From Acidobacteriaceae bacterium (GTDB lineage: Bacteria > Acidobacteriota > Vicinamibacteria > Vicinamibacterales > CAVVIG01): DNA of 41,506 bases. The position numbers were made by a program, and so were the translations under genes. Position 1 is the first letter of the stretch; every line of letters begins with the position of its first letter. The stretch lies in NCBI GenBank assembly GCA_031274845.1, contig JAISPN010000015.1:1-41506 (forward strand). Reading direction: 5' to 3'. Of this stretch, positions 41,391-41,506 are shown piece by piece. Below the pieces are notes generated by a model. That model saw nothing but the letters and a program-made list of their open reading frames with translations, was not told where the DNA came from and did no database searches.

Positions 41391-41506
41391 ATGGCAATGG
41401 ATCTTGGCGGCGCCAAAGGCGGGGTCAAATCCGAAATCAACGTCACCCCTCTGGTCGACGTCATGTTGGTGTTGCTCATCATCATGATGCTTGTCGCCCC
41501 GATGCT
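41391..41506 (+). CDS. exbD: ExbD/TolR biopolymer transport protein (3' truncated by window edge)
   Basis: [38 protein letters not shown] is the canonical ExbD N-terminus. Confidence 0.8.
   Translation, partial: MAMDLGGAKGGVKSEINVTPLVDVMLVLLIIMMLVAPM

Overview
GC-rich bacterial chromosomal segment (about two-thirds G+C by eye, not computed). The gene content suggests a diderm of Acidobacteriota-like or Gemmatimonadota-like type: LptD, TonB-ExbB-ExbD, an autotransporter barrel, a Gly/Pro-rich TonB, a HEAT-cyclophilin fusion, an H+-PPase, and carboxypeptidase-regulatory/TPR proteins. The taxonomic call is inference only. Most of the window is core housekeeping. The plus-strand blocks are GT2 synthase-gltA-lepA-lepB, rlmI-like, TPP riboswitch-thiC, htpX, HEAT-PPIase, tgt-yajC-secD-secF-uppP-DUF502-hppA, and tonB-exbB-exbD. 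The minus-strand blocks are rpiB-glyA-dinG-TPR-yggS-yggU and dNK-accD-folC-lptD-epimerase-membrane protein-radical SAM, many joined by ATGA/GTGA start-stop overlaps. I saw no rRNA, tRNA, CRISPR array, transposase or integrase. Four places are not explained by ordinary annotation. (1) At 30.0-30.38 kb there is an orphan unit: a near-consensus promoter, a roughly 200-nt helix-rich leader, a 16-codon Lys-rich micro-ORF and a strong terminator. It matches no RNA class I can recognise. (2) The first 2.4 kb is a small accessory islet: an autotransporter 3' end, an XRE HTH gene, and an HTH/Fic pair of the mobile mystery protein A/B type. A dense ATCTGGTCAT/ATGACCAGAT motif family sits at the unit boundaries, including a perfect 15-bp inverted repeat. 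(3) The HEAT-cyclophilin gene has a frame break that separates a lipoprotein-like signal peptide from the body. (4) Repeat-rich spacers lie around tonB-exbB-exbD. I did not find a clear multi-gene defence-type system. The long antisense ORFs in the track are high-GC artefacts.
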